A program made the translations under genes and the position numbers. This document shows positions 27,485 to 36,988 of a stretch of DNA of 40,320 nucleotides, in pieces (position 1 is the stretch's first letter; each line of letters begins with the position of its first letter). This DNA comes from a virus. The DNA lies in the UHGV virus genome UHGV-1432856; one strand, given 5' to 3'. A model generated the notes under the pieces. That model saw only the letters and a program-made list of their open reading frames with translations. It was not told the origin of the DNA and did no database searches.

Positions 27485-27823
27485 ATGGGAACCACTCAGC
27501 AGGTCATTCTGATCACAACCGTAACGGCAGGGGCAGCACTGGCACAGCAGCGTTTTGTCGGGGCAGATAATACCCCCTGTAAAGCCGGTGCCGCAGCGCT
27601 CGGGGTTGCCGAAGTGGATGCTGTTACCGGCGACAGCACGCCGGTGAGCGTTCTGGGCATTATTGCTGTCGAGGCCGGGGCCGCTGTCAGCCGTGGTGTG
27701 GCTGTTCAGTCAGATGCTCAGGCCAGAGCCGTGCCGCAGTCCGGCGACGGTAAATCCTGTGGTATTGCACTTGATGAAGCCGGGGGTGAAGGCGACGTCA
27801 TTCGTATCCTGCGCGGGGTGTGA
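27485..27823 (+). CDS. small Gly/Ala-rich head-associated protein
   Basis: 112 aa; directly after the major head gene. Confidence 0.45.
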   Translation: MGTTQQVILITTVTAGAALAQQRFVGADNTPCKAGAAALGVAEVDAVTGDSTPVSVLGIIAVEAGAAVSRGVAVQSDAQARAVPQSGDGKSCGIALDEAGGEGDVIRILRGV

Positions 27824-27824
27824 C

Positions 27825-28271
27825 ATGTACTGCACCCTGGAGGATTTGCTTGCGCAGGTGCCGGAGCGGACGCTTATCGAGCTCACCAGTGAAGAGATGG
27901 ACTTCGACTCGCCTGCAACAGTGAATACCCGTGTGGTGGACAGCTGTATCCGCTATGCCGACGAGCTGATTGATGCCCATCTGCGCGGACGCTATATCCT
28001 GCCACTGGCAGAGATACCGACTGTTCTGCGGGACATTGCCATCACGCTGGTCCGTTACCGGCTCTACGCCCGCCGCCCGGAAGGTGACCTCCCGGATACG
28101 GTGAAGGATGACCACAAAGAAGCGCTGCGGCAACTCAGGGAGTTACGTGATAACAGGCTCACGCTGGGGCTGCCGTCCACTCAGAAAGATGTGCCTGAGC
28201 CTGGCGAGTTTCGTGTACGCAGTCGCCCGGCCACTTTCGGCGGTCGTGACGGTTTACTGGAGAAATACTGA
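27825..28271 (+). CDS. Mu gp36-like head-tail connector protein
   Basis: Start at MYCTLEDLL; synteny; the track ORF extends upstream to 27663 across the previous gene. Confidence 0.5.
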   Translation: MYCTLEDLLAQVPERTLIELTSEEMDFDSPATVNTRVVDSCIRYADELIDAHLRGRYILPLAEIPTVLRDIAITLVRYRLYARRPEGDLPDTVKDDHKEALRQLRELRDNRLTLGLPSTQKDVPEPGEFRVRSRPATFGGRDGLLEKY

Positions 28272-28735
28272 TGAACGTTCTGCCCGTCCTTGATGCGGTA
28301 CTGGCCCGGTTACGCGAGAAGCTGCCGCAACTGCAGGTGGAGTACTTCCCGGAGAAACCGGCTGAATATCGCCTGAACCATCCGGTTGGCGCGTTGCTGT
28401 TGAGCTATGCCGGTTCGCGCTTTGACAGGCCGGATGATACCGGTGCGGTGATCCAGTCTCAGACTATCCAGCTCTGCGTCACGGTGGTCTTCCGCCAGCT
28501 CAACGGTAAAAAAGGGGCGATTAATGTCCTGGATGCTGTCCGCCGCATTCTCGGTGGCCACACCCCGCCCGGCTGCCGCCGCCGTATCTGGCTGACCCGC
28601 GAGGTGTTTATCGGTGAAGTCAGGGGGCTGTGGCAGTACGCCCTCGACTTCGCGACTGAAAGCGTCTTTATCGAAGACAGCGATTTACCGTCCGGCCCGC
28701 TGTTAACCGAAGTGAACTATGAGGAAAGCGAGTGA
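28271..28735 (+). CDS. Mu gp37-like protein
   Basis: 154 aa; overlapping start/stop with neighbours; synteny. Confidence 0.5.
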   Translation: MNVLPVLDAVLARLREKLPQLQVEYFPEKPAEYRLNHPVGALLLSYAGSRFDRPDDTGAVIQSQTIQLCVTVVFRQLNGKKGAINVLDAVRRILGGHTPPGCRRRIWLTREVFIGEVRGLWQYALDFATESVFIEDSDLPSGPLLTEVNYEESE

Positions 28736-28986
28736 TGAAAGAATACCGCTATTCCGGCCCGGCCAGCGGCGTCACGCTGTCGGACGGAACCGAAATCCTG
28801 CTCTGGCCGGGGAAGACGGTTTCCCTGCCGGAGGAGCATGACTACGTGAAGGTACTGGTGGCGCTGAAACATCTGACGCCGGTACCTGAAGAGACTAAAC
28901 CCGCCGGCACACCGGCTGTGCAGTCACCAAAGCGCAGAAGCAGCAGTGACAGCGAAGTGAAAACGGAGGACACCCATGGCAGCTAA
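28732..28986 (+). CDS. Mu gp38-like small protein
   Basis: 84 aa; overlaps neighbours; synteny. Confidence 0.45.
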   Translation: MMKEYRYSGPASGVTLSDGTEILLWPGKTVSLPEEHDYVKVLVALKHLTPVPEETKPAGTPAVQSPKRRSSSDSEVKTEDTHGS

Positions 28987-30403
28987 CTATCTGCATGGTC
29001 CCGAAACCATTGAGGTGGAAAACGGAGCCCGCCCGGTTAAAACGGTGAAATCTGCCGTTATTGGCCTGATTGGTACCGCCCCGATGGGGGATGTCAATAC
29101 GCTGGTACAGTGCCTGTCTGAGAAAGACGCAGCGGCATTTGGCAGCCAGTTCACCGGCTTTACCATTCCGCAGGCGCTGGATGCGATTTATGACCATGGT
29201 GCAGGTACCGTTCTGGTCATTAACGTCCTCGACCCGGCGAAACATAAAACGGCGATCGAGGATGAGGTGGTTACCTTTGACAAATCGACAGGGCAGGCCA
29301 GACTGGCGCATCCGGTTGTCGCTAATGTGGTGGTGAAAAACAGTGAAGGCAGCACCACCCACACGGCGAACACGGACTACCGTGTTGATGCGCAGGCGGG
29401 TGTGCTCACGAACCTGGGCAAGGCTATTGAGGCCGGTGGCAGCGTGAAGGTGAGCTATGAGTACGCGGACCCGTCGAAGGTGACTGCGGCGGACATCATC
29501 GGCGGGGTGAATAGCGCCGGAAACCGAACTGGCATGAAGCTGCTTAACGACAGCTTCAACCTGTACGGCTATTTCGCCAAAATTCTGATTGCGCCGGTGT
29601 TCTGCACCCAGAAGAGTGTCGCAGTTGAGCTTATCGCCATGGCAGAGAAGCTGGGCGCGGTAACCTACATTGATGCGCCTGTCGGTACCACCTTTGCACA
29701 GGCTCTGGCAGGTCGTGGCCCGGAAGGCACCATCAACTTCAATACCAGCTCCGACCGCGTCCGTCTGTGCTATCCGCATGTGAAGGTATATGACCCGGTG
29801 ACAAACACAGAGCGTCTGGAGCCGCTCAGCCAGCGTGCAGCAGGTCTGCGTGCCAGAGTCGATCTGGACAAGGGCTACTGGTGGTCATCCTCCAATCAGG
29901 AGATTCTGGGGATCACCGGCGTGGAGCGCCAGCTGTCCGCGATGATTGATGACCCGCAGAGTGAGGTGAACCTGCTTAACGAACAGGGGATCACCACGGT
30001 ATTCAGCAGTTACGGCAGCGGCCTTCGTCTGTGGGGTAACCGGACGGCAGCATGGCCAACGGTCACCCATATGCGTAACTTTGAGAACGTTCGCCGCACC
30101 GGTGATGTGATCAACGAGTCCATTCGTTATTTCAGCCAGCAGTACATCGACATGCCGATTACTCAGGCGCTGATTGATGCACTGACGGAGTCGGTCAACG
30201 CCTACGGTCGCAAAATGACTGGTGATGGTGCGGTACTGGGCTTCCGTTGCTGGTTTGATCCGGCCCGCAATCCGGAGACGGAGCTGGCCGCCGGGCACCT
30301 GTTGCTGAGCTACAAATATACGCCACCACCGCCGCTGGAGCGACTGACGTTTGAGACTGAGATCACCTCGGAATACCTGTTAACCCTGAAAGGGGGCAAC
30401 TGA
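28976..30403 (+). CDS. contractile tail sheath protein (Mu L-like)
   Basis: 475 aa; immediately followed by the tube gene. Confidence 0.85.
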   Translation: MAANYLHGPETIEVENGARPVKTVKSAVIGLIGTAPMGDVNTLVQCLSEKDAAAFGSQFTGFTIPQALDAIYDHGAGTVLVINVLDPAKHKTAIEDEVVTFDKSTGQARLAHPVVANVVVKNSEGSTTHTANTDYRVDAQAGVLTNLGKAIEAGGSVKVSYEYADPSKVTAADIIGGVNSAGNRTGMKLLNDSFNLYGYFAKILIAPVFCTQKSVAVELIAMAEKLGAVTYIDAPVGTTFAQALAGRGPEGTINFNTSSDRVRLCYPHVKVYDPVTNTERLEPLSQRAAGLRARVDLDKGYWWSSSNQEILGITGVERQLSAMIDDPQSEVNLLNEQGITTVFSSYGSGLRLWGNRTAAWPTVTHMRNFENVRRTGDVINESIRYFSQQYIDMPITQALIDALTESVNAYGRKMTGDGAVLGFRCWFDPARNPETELAAGHLLLSYKYTPPPPLERLTFETEITSEYLLTLKGGN

Positions 30404-30924
30404 TGTCAAAGATTGAGATAAACCGCATCACGAATGCCAACATCTATCTGGATGGTACTAACCTGCTGGGACGGGCTGAGGAAGTTAAACTCCCCGATGT
30501 CTCCATGATTATGCAGGAACACAAGGCGCTGGAGATGGTGGGTAAGGTGGAACTCCCGGCTGGTTTTGACAAACTGGAAGGCGAAATCAAATGGAACAGC
30601 TTTTACCGCGATGCGATGCTGTCTGCCGCGAACCCGTACAGGTCGCTGGCACTGCAGTGTCGTTCCAGCGTCCAGCGCTACAGCTCGCAGGGGCTGATTG
30701 ACGAAATCCCGCTGGTCACCTTCCTGACGATTATGTTCAAGAAGAACCCGCTGGGGACGTTCAAACAGCACGAGAACGCCGAGTTCTCCAGTAGCTTCAC
30801 CTGCACGTATATCAGACAGGTACTGGATGGTGAAGAGCTGCTGCAACTGGACTATCTGGCCAACATCTTCCGGGTCGGCGGTGTTGATCAACTGACTGAC
30901 TACCGTATCAATATCGGGGGCTGA
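30403..30924 (+). CDS. tail tube protein (Mu M-like)
   Basis: 173 aa; ATGA-type overlap with the sheath gene. Confidence 0.8.
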   Translation: MSKIEINRITNANIYLDGTNLLGRAEEVKLPDVSMIMQEHKALEMVGKVELPAGFDKLEGEIKWNSFYRDAMLSAANPYRSLALQCRSSVQRYSSQGLIDEIPLVTFLTIMFKKNPLGTFKQHENAEFSSSFTCTYIRQVLDGEELLQLDYLANIFRVGGVDQLTDYRINIGG

Positions 30925-30926
30925 CG

Positions 30927-31208
30927 GTGAGTGTTGAACTGACGGATAAAGGAGGACGATGTGCGGCACTGGGCATGTCAAATGGTACGTGGTTTACCCT
31001 CCTTGATATTCCGGGGGTGGAAACCCTTTTTAATACCCGTAAAACCAATGACCCGATTGACTGCACACGTTCAAAGGCCCGCAAACTGGCGGATTTGATT
31101 GAAGCATGGGAGCCTCCCGACCACTGGTTCTCCGGCATCGGCAAATCTGAGGGAAAGACGCTTCTCATCGCTTTCCTGCGTAACTGCAAGGGGTTTCGCA
31201 CTTGCTGA
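30927..31208 (+). CDS. hypothetical protein (93 aa)
   Basis: GTG-start ORF after the tube gene; alternative ATG at 30975; followed by a terminator hairpin. Confidence 0.35.
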   Translation: MSVELTDKGGRCAALGMSNGTWFTLLDIPGVETLFNTRKTNDPIDCTRSKARKLADLIEAWEPPDHWFSGIGKSEGKTLLIAFLRNCKGFRTC

Positions 31209-31214
31209 CATCAC

Positions 31215-31240
31215 AGGGGCTCCGGCCCCTTCTTCTTAAT
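31215..31240 (+). terminator. Rho-independent terminator-like hairpin
   Basis: AGGGGC-TCCG-GCCCCT perfect 6-bp stem followed by TCTTCTTAAT. Confidence 0.45.
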
Positions 31241-31253
31241 CTCCTTTAATATC
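31232..31253 (+). promoter_or_regulatory. conserved late-region motif CTTCTTAA-N3-CCTTTAATATC (copy 1)
   Basis: 19 of 22 nt identical to 37583-37604; about 50 nt upstream of the chaperone gene start at 31306. Confidence 0.4.
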
Positions 31254-31305
31254 CGTCACGCGCTTCTCCCGACATACTGCCCTGAACTTACACAGGAGCA
31301 CAATC

Positions 31306-31641
31306 ATGTCACAGACCCCATCCGATACTTTTAAATTGTCTTATCCCTTCACCACTGCTGCAGGCACCAGAATTGAGCTGGTTGAACTGAAACGCCTGAC
31401 GGTAAAAGACCTGAAGCAGGTGCGCAAAATCAGCAAAAACCCGGCAGACTGGGACGAACCGCTGATTGCCCGCAGTACTGGTCTTCTCCCGGAAGATCTC
31501 GACAATATGGATCTGGCTGATTACCTGCAGTTACAGAAACGATTTCAGCTCATCACGGGGATGGGTGAGAGCAACCAGGGCGCTGACGCAGGCGCAGGGG
31601 CTGCTGGCGAGATGGTTCCGGTTTCAGCCGGGGGAGATTGA
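31306..31641 (+). CDS. tail assembly chaperone (upstream of the tape measure)
   Basis: 111 aa acidic protein between tube and tape measure genes; GGAG RBS. Confidence 0.6.
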   Translation: MSQTPSDTFKLSYPFTTAAGTRIELVELKRLTVKDLKQVRKISKNPADWDEPLIARSTGLLPEDLDNMDLADYLQLQKRFQLITGMGESNQGADAGAGAAGEMVPVSAGGD

Positions 31642-31723
31642 TGCCCTCGATACTGACGATCTGGAGATGTGGCTGGAGCAGGCTGAAGAGCAAATAAAAA
31701 GCGAGTACGGCGACAAATCATAG
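31466..31723 (+). CDS. overlapping +1-frame ORF, possible frameshift extension of the tail chaperone
   Basis: Second ORF overlaps the 3' part of the chaperone gene in the +1 frame and runs 82 nt past its stop; a G5 run lies at 31630-31634. Confidence 0.35.
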   Translation: MPAVLVFSRKISTIWIWLITCSYRNDFSSSRGWVRATRALTQAQGLLARWFRFQPGEIDALDTDDLEMWLEQAEEQIKSEYGDKS

Positions 31724-31798
31724 TACAGACAGCCGCCAGTAGCGGCTGTTCTGCGTTATCCCCTCACGTCTTTTCACCTTCCCCGGAGGTTAACCACT

Positions 31799-34750
31799 AT
31801 GTCGGGACAGTTTTCAGTCGGCGTTGTTATCGGCGGGATGATTGGTAGCACATTCCGTTCTGCAATGAGCGGTACCCGCCGTGCGCTTGATTCCCTGAGC
31901 GATACCTCACGCCGCCTGCAGGAACGTCAGAACGCTTTAACCCGTGCAACAGAACGTTATGGTCAACTGGGTTCTTCCCGGATGCAGCATCTCAACAGCG
32001 AGCTGCTGCGGGTAAGCCGCACCATGGAGCAAATTGAGCGCCAGCAGCGCCGTCTGTCAGCGGCATCCGCTACCAGTGATGCGCTGAAAGCTAACCGCAT
32101 GGCGCTGTATGGTCAGGGGATTGAAGCGTATGGCATGGCACAGACTGTTTATCATACGGTTTCCCCTGCCGTTCAGCAGTCCATGTCTTTTCAGGACAAA
32201 ATGATTGATATGTCGATCACCGCAAAATATGACAATAAAACGCGGGATGCACTTGCCGGACAGATAAAAGGCTGGGCGCTTAAATACAATCAGTATCAGG
32301 ATGAGCTGCAGGAGGCGGTGGGTTCACTCATCAGCGACAATATTGATAATGTGTCAGATATCGGTTTTCTGATGCCGGATATTGCCCGCGCGGCAACGGC
32401 AACACGCACGTCTGCTCAGGACTGGGCAAAAGTGGCCGCAGTCTGGCAAAACTCCCTGAAAGGTGCGGCCAGAGATTTTGGTGCCGTTCAGAATATTATG
32501 GCTTATGCCGGTGACCAGGGGTCATTTGAAATCCCGGATCAGGTCAAGTGGATGCAGTCCCTGGCCCCAATGATGGCGGGTATTGCCAGTGGAAAAGAGG
32601 CTGTTGCTGAAATCGGGGCCAGTCTCCAGATAGCAAAAATCGGTGCAGGTTCCACCGACGAAGCAGCCAATAATTTTAAAAACTTTCTTACCAAAATTTT
32701 TGCCCGCGATACTCAGAAACAGTTTGCTGATCTGGGTATTGATTTGCAGGGATCTATTGCGAGTTATAAAGCTGCGGGGATCTCTCCGATTGAAGGGATG
32801 TTGAGTGTTATAGAACGTTACCTCAATGCCAAAAGCCCCGAAGCGCTGGCCGGCTTCAAATCAGCCATGAAAATAAAGAATGATACGGCAAGAGATGAGG
32901 CACTTCAGGCTCTGGCGAAAAACTTTGGTCTGGGCGATATGTTCGCGGATATGCAGGTCATGGCATTTATCCGCCCGATGCTGGCCAACATGGACAGATA
33001 TCGAGAGATCCGTGCCGGTGCTCTCAGGGCTGCGGATAACGATTTGCTTGCCAGTGCTTATGATCAGCGGCTGAAATCTCCCCTTGAAGCCACTAAAGCA
33101 CTTATGGTCAGCAGTCGTGATCTGGCAATTACGCTGGGCGATCAATTAGCTCCATCTTTTATTTCTCTGACTCAGGAACTGCTTCCACTCATTCAGGGGG
33201 CAAAACACTGGGTAGCGACTCACCCGCAATTTGTCAGTGGGGCTTTTAAGCTCATCAGTGCGCTCCTTGCGATTAAGATAGCGACTGTTGGTCTCAAACT
33301 GGGGCTGAATCTCCTTATTTCCCCCTTTGTAAGTGTCTGGAAAAATGCTGTTTTACTTCGGGCCAACTGGCTTCGTCTGTCGCTCGCACTGGGGCAAGGC
33401 GGTAAGCTCCGCTGGCTGGTGACCGGATTTAGCGCCGTCGCCAAAGGAGCCAGAACACTGAGTGGCGTGCTCTCCGGGGGGCTGGTTCGCGGAATTATGC
33501 TCGCCGGACGTGCTGTTCTCTGGATTGGACGTGCGCTGATGATGAATCCCATCGGTCTCGTTATCACCGCTGTCGCGGCAGCAGCTTACCTTATCTACCG
33601 CAACTGGGGGGCAGTCAGTGGCTGGTTTAAACAGCGCTGGGCAGACATTCAGGAAGCCTTTAACGGCGGCATTGTGGGAATTGGTAAGTTGCTGATTAAC
33701 TGGTCGCCGGCAGGCCTGCTCTATAAAGCCTTTGCGGCTGCGCTGAAATATTTCGGCGTTGCTCTGCCGGCAAAGTTCACCGACTTCGGTGGCCATCTTA
33801 TCGACGGTCTGATTAACGGTATCAAAAACAAATGGGGGTCGCTCAAATCCAGTGTAACCGGAATGGGTGACAGCATCAGTAGCTGGTTTAAACAGTGCTG
33901 GGCTGACATTCAGGAAGCCTTTAACGGCGGTATCGCGGGAACTGGTAAGCTGCTGATTAACTGGTCGCCGGCAGGTCTGCTCTATAAAGCCTTTGCAGCT
34001 GCGCTGAAATATCTTGGTGTTGATCTGCCGGCAAAGTTCACCGACTTCGGTGGCCATCTTGTCGACGGTCTGATTAACGGTATCAAAAACAAATGGGAGT
34101 CGCTCAAATCCAGTGTAACCGGAATGGGTGACAGCATCAGTGGCTGGTTCAGCGAAAAGCTGGGCATTCATTCGCCGAGCCGCGTGTTTATGGGCTTTGG
34201 TGACAATATCGCGCAGGGGGCCGCCATTGGCCTGCAGCGGACCACTCCGCTTGCAGCTCTGGCCGGGCAGCGAATGGCCAGTGAACTGCTCCCCAAAATG
34301 CCCGTGAGCATTCAGGGGCCAGAAATACGGGATAACACTTCAGGTGTTCGCTTCAGTATGCCGTTGCCCGATATCAATGGGTTTATGTCGTCTGCTAAAA
34401 ATGCGATCGGAGCCGTAATCAATAGTTTGTCTTCCATGCCCGCTATTCCGCTCTCCACCCGGGCATCGATTTTACCAGGGCAACGTCTGGCAAATGAGAT
34501 GACACCGGATGTTCCCCGTATCCCCTCGCCTGAAATCCTGGCTGCCGGATATTCAGGCCGTGGTGCAGCTGCAACCGGCGGTGGAACGTCTGGTGGTATC
34601 CAGGTCAGCTTTAATCCTCAGTTTTTCCTCAATGGCAGGGAAACCACAGCGCCTGCCGGACTGACTGGCGCCCTGAATATGAGCCTGCATGAGCTGGAAA
34701 AAATGCTGGAGCGTCTGCTGGCTCAGAAACAACGTAAGGAGTACCGCTGA
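31799..34750 (+). CDS. tail tape measure protein
   Basis: 983 aa, helical and repeat-rich; between the chaperone and N-like gene; GGAGG RBS. Confidence 0.85.
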   Translation: MSGQFSVGVVIGGMIGSTFRSAMSGTRRALDSLSDTSRRLQERQNALTRATERYGQLGSSRMQHLNSELLRVSRTMEQIERQQRRLSAASATSDALKANRMALYGQGIEAYGMAQTVYHTVSPAVQQSMSFQDKMIDMSITAKYDNKTRDALAGQIKGWALKYNQYQDELQEAVGSLISDNIDNVSDIGFLMPDIARAATATRTSAQDWAKVAAVWQNSLKGAARDFGAVQNIMAYAGDQGSFEIPDQVKWMQSLAPMMAGIASGKEAVAEIGASLQIAKIGAGSTDEAANNFKNFLTKIFARDTQKQFADLGIDLQGSIASYKAAGISPIEGMLSVIERYLNAKSPEALAGFKSAMKIKNDTARDEALQALAKNFGLGDMFADMQVMAFIRPMLANMDRYREIRAGALRAADNDLLASAYDQRLKSPLEATKALMVSSRDLAITLGDQLAPSFISLTQELLPLIQGAKHWVATHPQFVSGAFKLISALLAIKIATVGLKLGLNLLISPFVSVWKNAVLLRANWLRLSLALGQGGKLRWLVTGFSAVAKGARTLSGVLSGGLVRGIMLAGRAVLWIGRALMMNPIGLVITAVAAAAYLIYRNWGAVSGWFKQRWADIQEAFNGGIVGIGKLLINWSPAGLLYKAFAAALKYFGVALPAKFTDFGGHLIDGLINGIKNKWGSLKSSVTGMGDSISSWFKQCWADIQEAFNGGIAGTGKLLINWSPAGLLYKAFAAALKYLGVDLPAKFTDFGGHLVDGLINGIKNKWESLKSSVTGMGDSISGWFSEKLGIHSPSRVFMGFGDNIAQGAAIGLQRTTPLAALAGQRMASELLPKMPVSIQGPEIRDNTSGVRFSMPLPDINGFMSSAKNAIGAVINSLSSMPAIPLSTRASILPGQRLANEMTPDVPRIPSPEILAAGYSGRGAAATGGGTSGGIQVSFNPQFFLNGRETTAPAGLTGALNMSLHELEKMLERLLAQKQRKEYR
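33613..34134 (+). repeat. in-frame tandem duplication, 2 x 261 bp, inside the tape measure gene
   Basis: SGWFKQRWADIQEAFNGGI...GIKNKWGSLKSSVTGMGDSIS repeated with few substitutions at an exact 261-nt offset (33622 versus 33883). Confidence 0.8.
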
Positions 34751-35634
34751 TGTTTGCCGTACTGGGTGATATTGAGTTTGAGCTGATTACCTACTGGGAC
34801 GGCTTCGAGGCCACGTTCGGCGTCGATTATGCGGAGCATGCCCGCATCGGGGGTAAGCCTGGCCTGCAGTTCGTCGGCGACAGGCTGGACGAAATCCAGA
34901 TAACTCTGGTTTTCCATCAGCATTATTGTGTACCCGATGTGGAGCTGGCGAGACTGCGAACAGCCATGAAAGCCCATCAGGCACTGGCGCTGGTCTTCGG
35001 CAACGGTGACTATCGTGGCTGGTTCGTGATTACCGATGTGACCGCAACCAGCGAGCAGACAGACAGCACCGGTAACGTGCTGGCTGTCAGTGCCACCGTG
35101 TCTCTCCGGGAATACACCGGTGATCCGAAAAATCCTCTGCAACCACCGGCAATACGCACGAAGCTCCCGGGTGTCGGGGCGGTCTCCGGTGCCATTCCTT
35201 CACCTTCAGGGGTGGCGCAGTTCATCCGCAACGGCGTCAACTATGCGAAACAGGCGCAGTCTGTACTCCAGACCACTATCAGCGCCGTTCGGGTGACACA
35301 GAAAATGAAGGATAACCCCGTTGTCGCACTGACCCGTGTGCCGGGGCTGATGAGCGGACTGGGTAATATCTCCGGGGCTCTGGGGAAAAGTGTTCCGGCG
35401 TTTAACGCACTCTCTGAATCCATGCCCGATGCCATCAGTCTGGCCAGAACAGCCAGCGAAGCAGCCACGTATGTACAGCAGGCACAGTCTGCGCTGAGTG
35501 GTGTGGACAAAAGAAATATTGCAGGTGCTCTGGATACCGTTTCCGGGCAGCTTAACGCCGCCGGCACAGCATTCAACCGCATGTCTCCGGGATTAAGTGC
35601 AATGGCCGCCAGAATACTGACGAGGAGTGTGTGA
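34750..35634 (+). CDS. DNA circularisation protein (Mu N-like)
   Basis: 294 aa; directly downstream of the tape measure gene as in Mu; N-terminus MFAVLGDIEFELITYWDGFE fits the N family as recalled. Confidence 0.75.
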   Translation: MFAVLGDIEFELITYWDGFEATFGVDYAEHARIGGKPGLQFVGDRLDEIQITLVFHQHYCVPDVELARLRTAMKAHQALALVFGNGDYRGWFVITDVTATSEQTDSTGNVLAVSATVSLREYTGDPKNPLQPPAIRTKLPGVGAVSGAIPSPSGVAQFIRNGVNYAKQAQSVLQTTISAVRVTQKMKDNPVVALTRVPGLMSGLGNISGALGKSVPAFNALSESMPDAISLARTASEAATYVQQAQSALSGVDKRNIAGALDTVSGQLNAAGTAFNRMSPGLSAMAARILTRSV

Positions 35635-35846
35635 TGTTTCTTGAACATGTTACCCGTGACGGAGAGCGCTGGGATTCGCTGGCATGGCAGTACTACGGTG
35701 ACCCGCTGGGCTATCCCCGGATTATTGCCGCCAATCCGCACGTGGCCATCACGCCGGTGCTGCCCTCCGGGCTGTTGTTACTGATCCCGGTGATTGAGAC
35801 TGAAGAAGCCCGTACAGAAGAGGATATTGCCCCATGGCTGAGATAA
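35631..35846 (+). CDS. small tail protein (tail protein X-like)
   Basis: 71 aa; overlaps both neighbours; short conserved-looking N-terminal region. Confidence 0.45.
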   Translation: MMFLEHVTRDGERWDSLAWQYYGDPLGYPRIIAANPHVAITPVLPSGLLLLIPVIETEEARTEEDIAPWLR

Positions 35847-36988
35847 ACAGCACTGCGCAAGTCACATCAGCGTTAACCGGCGTCAGCGATGTGCTGACAC
35901 CGGTGTTCACTCTGTGGTATCTGCAGAAAAACATCACCTCTGATATCGCGCCTTATGTCACCCGTGTGACCTGGAGCGATAACATCAAAAATGAGTCCGA
36001 TACCATTGAGGTGGAGCTGGACGACACCGATGGCCGCTGGCTGGATAAGTGGTATCCGGGCAAGGGTGACACGCTGACGCTGAAAATGGGCTATCAGGGC
36101 GAGAAGCTGCTGTCCTGCGGTACGTTCTCTATAGACGAGATCGAAGTGAGTTCGCCCGCTTCCGTTGTTTCTATCCGTGGGGTGGCCACCTCGGTTAACA
36201 GTGCTCTGCGGACTAAATCCAGCCGTGGTTTTGAGAACACCACGCTGGCAGCTGTTGCGGGGCGGATTGCCAGAAAGCACCGGCTGAAACTGGTGGGCAG
36301 CATTGAGTCCATCAGAATCGACCGGGTGACCCAGTATGCTGAAACCGACGTGGGTTTTCTGCGCCGGCTGGCCAGCGAGTATGGTTATGCAGTGAAAGTG
36401 GTCAGTGACCAGCTGATTTTTTCTCATCTGGCCACACTGCGCAGTCAGGAGACGGTCAGGCAGTTAAAACCGCAGGATGTGGCCCGCTTTTCCCTGCGTG
36501 ACACCATCAACCGGGTCTATAAATCTGCAAAGGTAAAACACCAGAAAAGCAGCAGTAAAAAACTGATCGTCCACGAAGCTGATGGTGGTACCCGTGAAAG
36601 CGACAAAAAGCTCAAAGGTGGTAAGGTTACCAGCGCTGACTCACTTAAAGTTAACAGCCGCGTCAGCGACCCGGACAGTGCCCGGATTAAAGCGGATTCA
36701 GCACTGGCCAGACATAACGAATACCAGCAGAACGGCTCCCTGACGCTGACGGGAACACCTCAACTGACAGCAGGCAACAAAATTGAACTGGTGGGTTTTG
36801 GGCAGTTATCCGGGCCATGGCTCATAACCACTGCCCGCCATGCGTTTGACCGTAACAGCGGCTACACCACAGAGCTGGAAGTGGCACGGGGGCCAGTCAC
36901 AAGAGGGAAAAAACAAAAAACTCAGAAACTCACGGTTTATCACCCGGATGGCAGTACATCGACGGTGATTAAGGAGAAGAAAAAATGA
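35834..36988 (+). CDS. baseplate hub protein (Mu P / late control D family)
   Basis: 384 aa; position before the gpV-like spike gene. Confidence 0.7.
   Translation: MAEINSTAQVTSALTGVSDVLTPVFTLWYLQKNITSDIAPYVTRVTWSDNIKNESDTIEVELDDTDGRWLDKWYPGKGDTLTLKMGYQGEKLLSCGTFSIDEIEVSSPASVVSIRGVATSVNSALRTKSSRGFENTTLAAVAGRIARKHRLKLVGSIESIRIDRVTQYAETDVGFLRRLASEYGYAVKVVSDQLIFSHLATLRSQETVRQLKPQDVARFSLRDTINRVYKSAKVKHQKSSSKKLIVHEADGGTRESDKKLKGGKVTSADSLKVNSRVSDPDSARIKADSALARHNEYQQNGSLTLTGTPQLTAGNKIELVGFGQLSGPWLITTARHAFDRNSGYTTELEVARGPVTRGKKQKTQKLTVYHPDGSTSTVIKEKKK

Noticed and set aside
33353-34171. 272-aa minus-strand ORF with an internal repeat
   Set aside because: Antisense to the tape measure gene; its apparent repeat merely reflects the 261-bp coding duplication on the plus strand.
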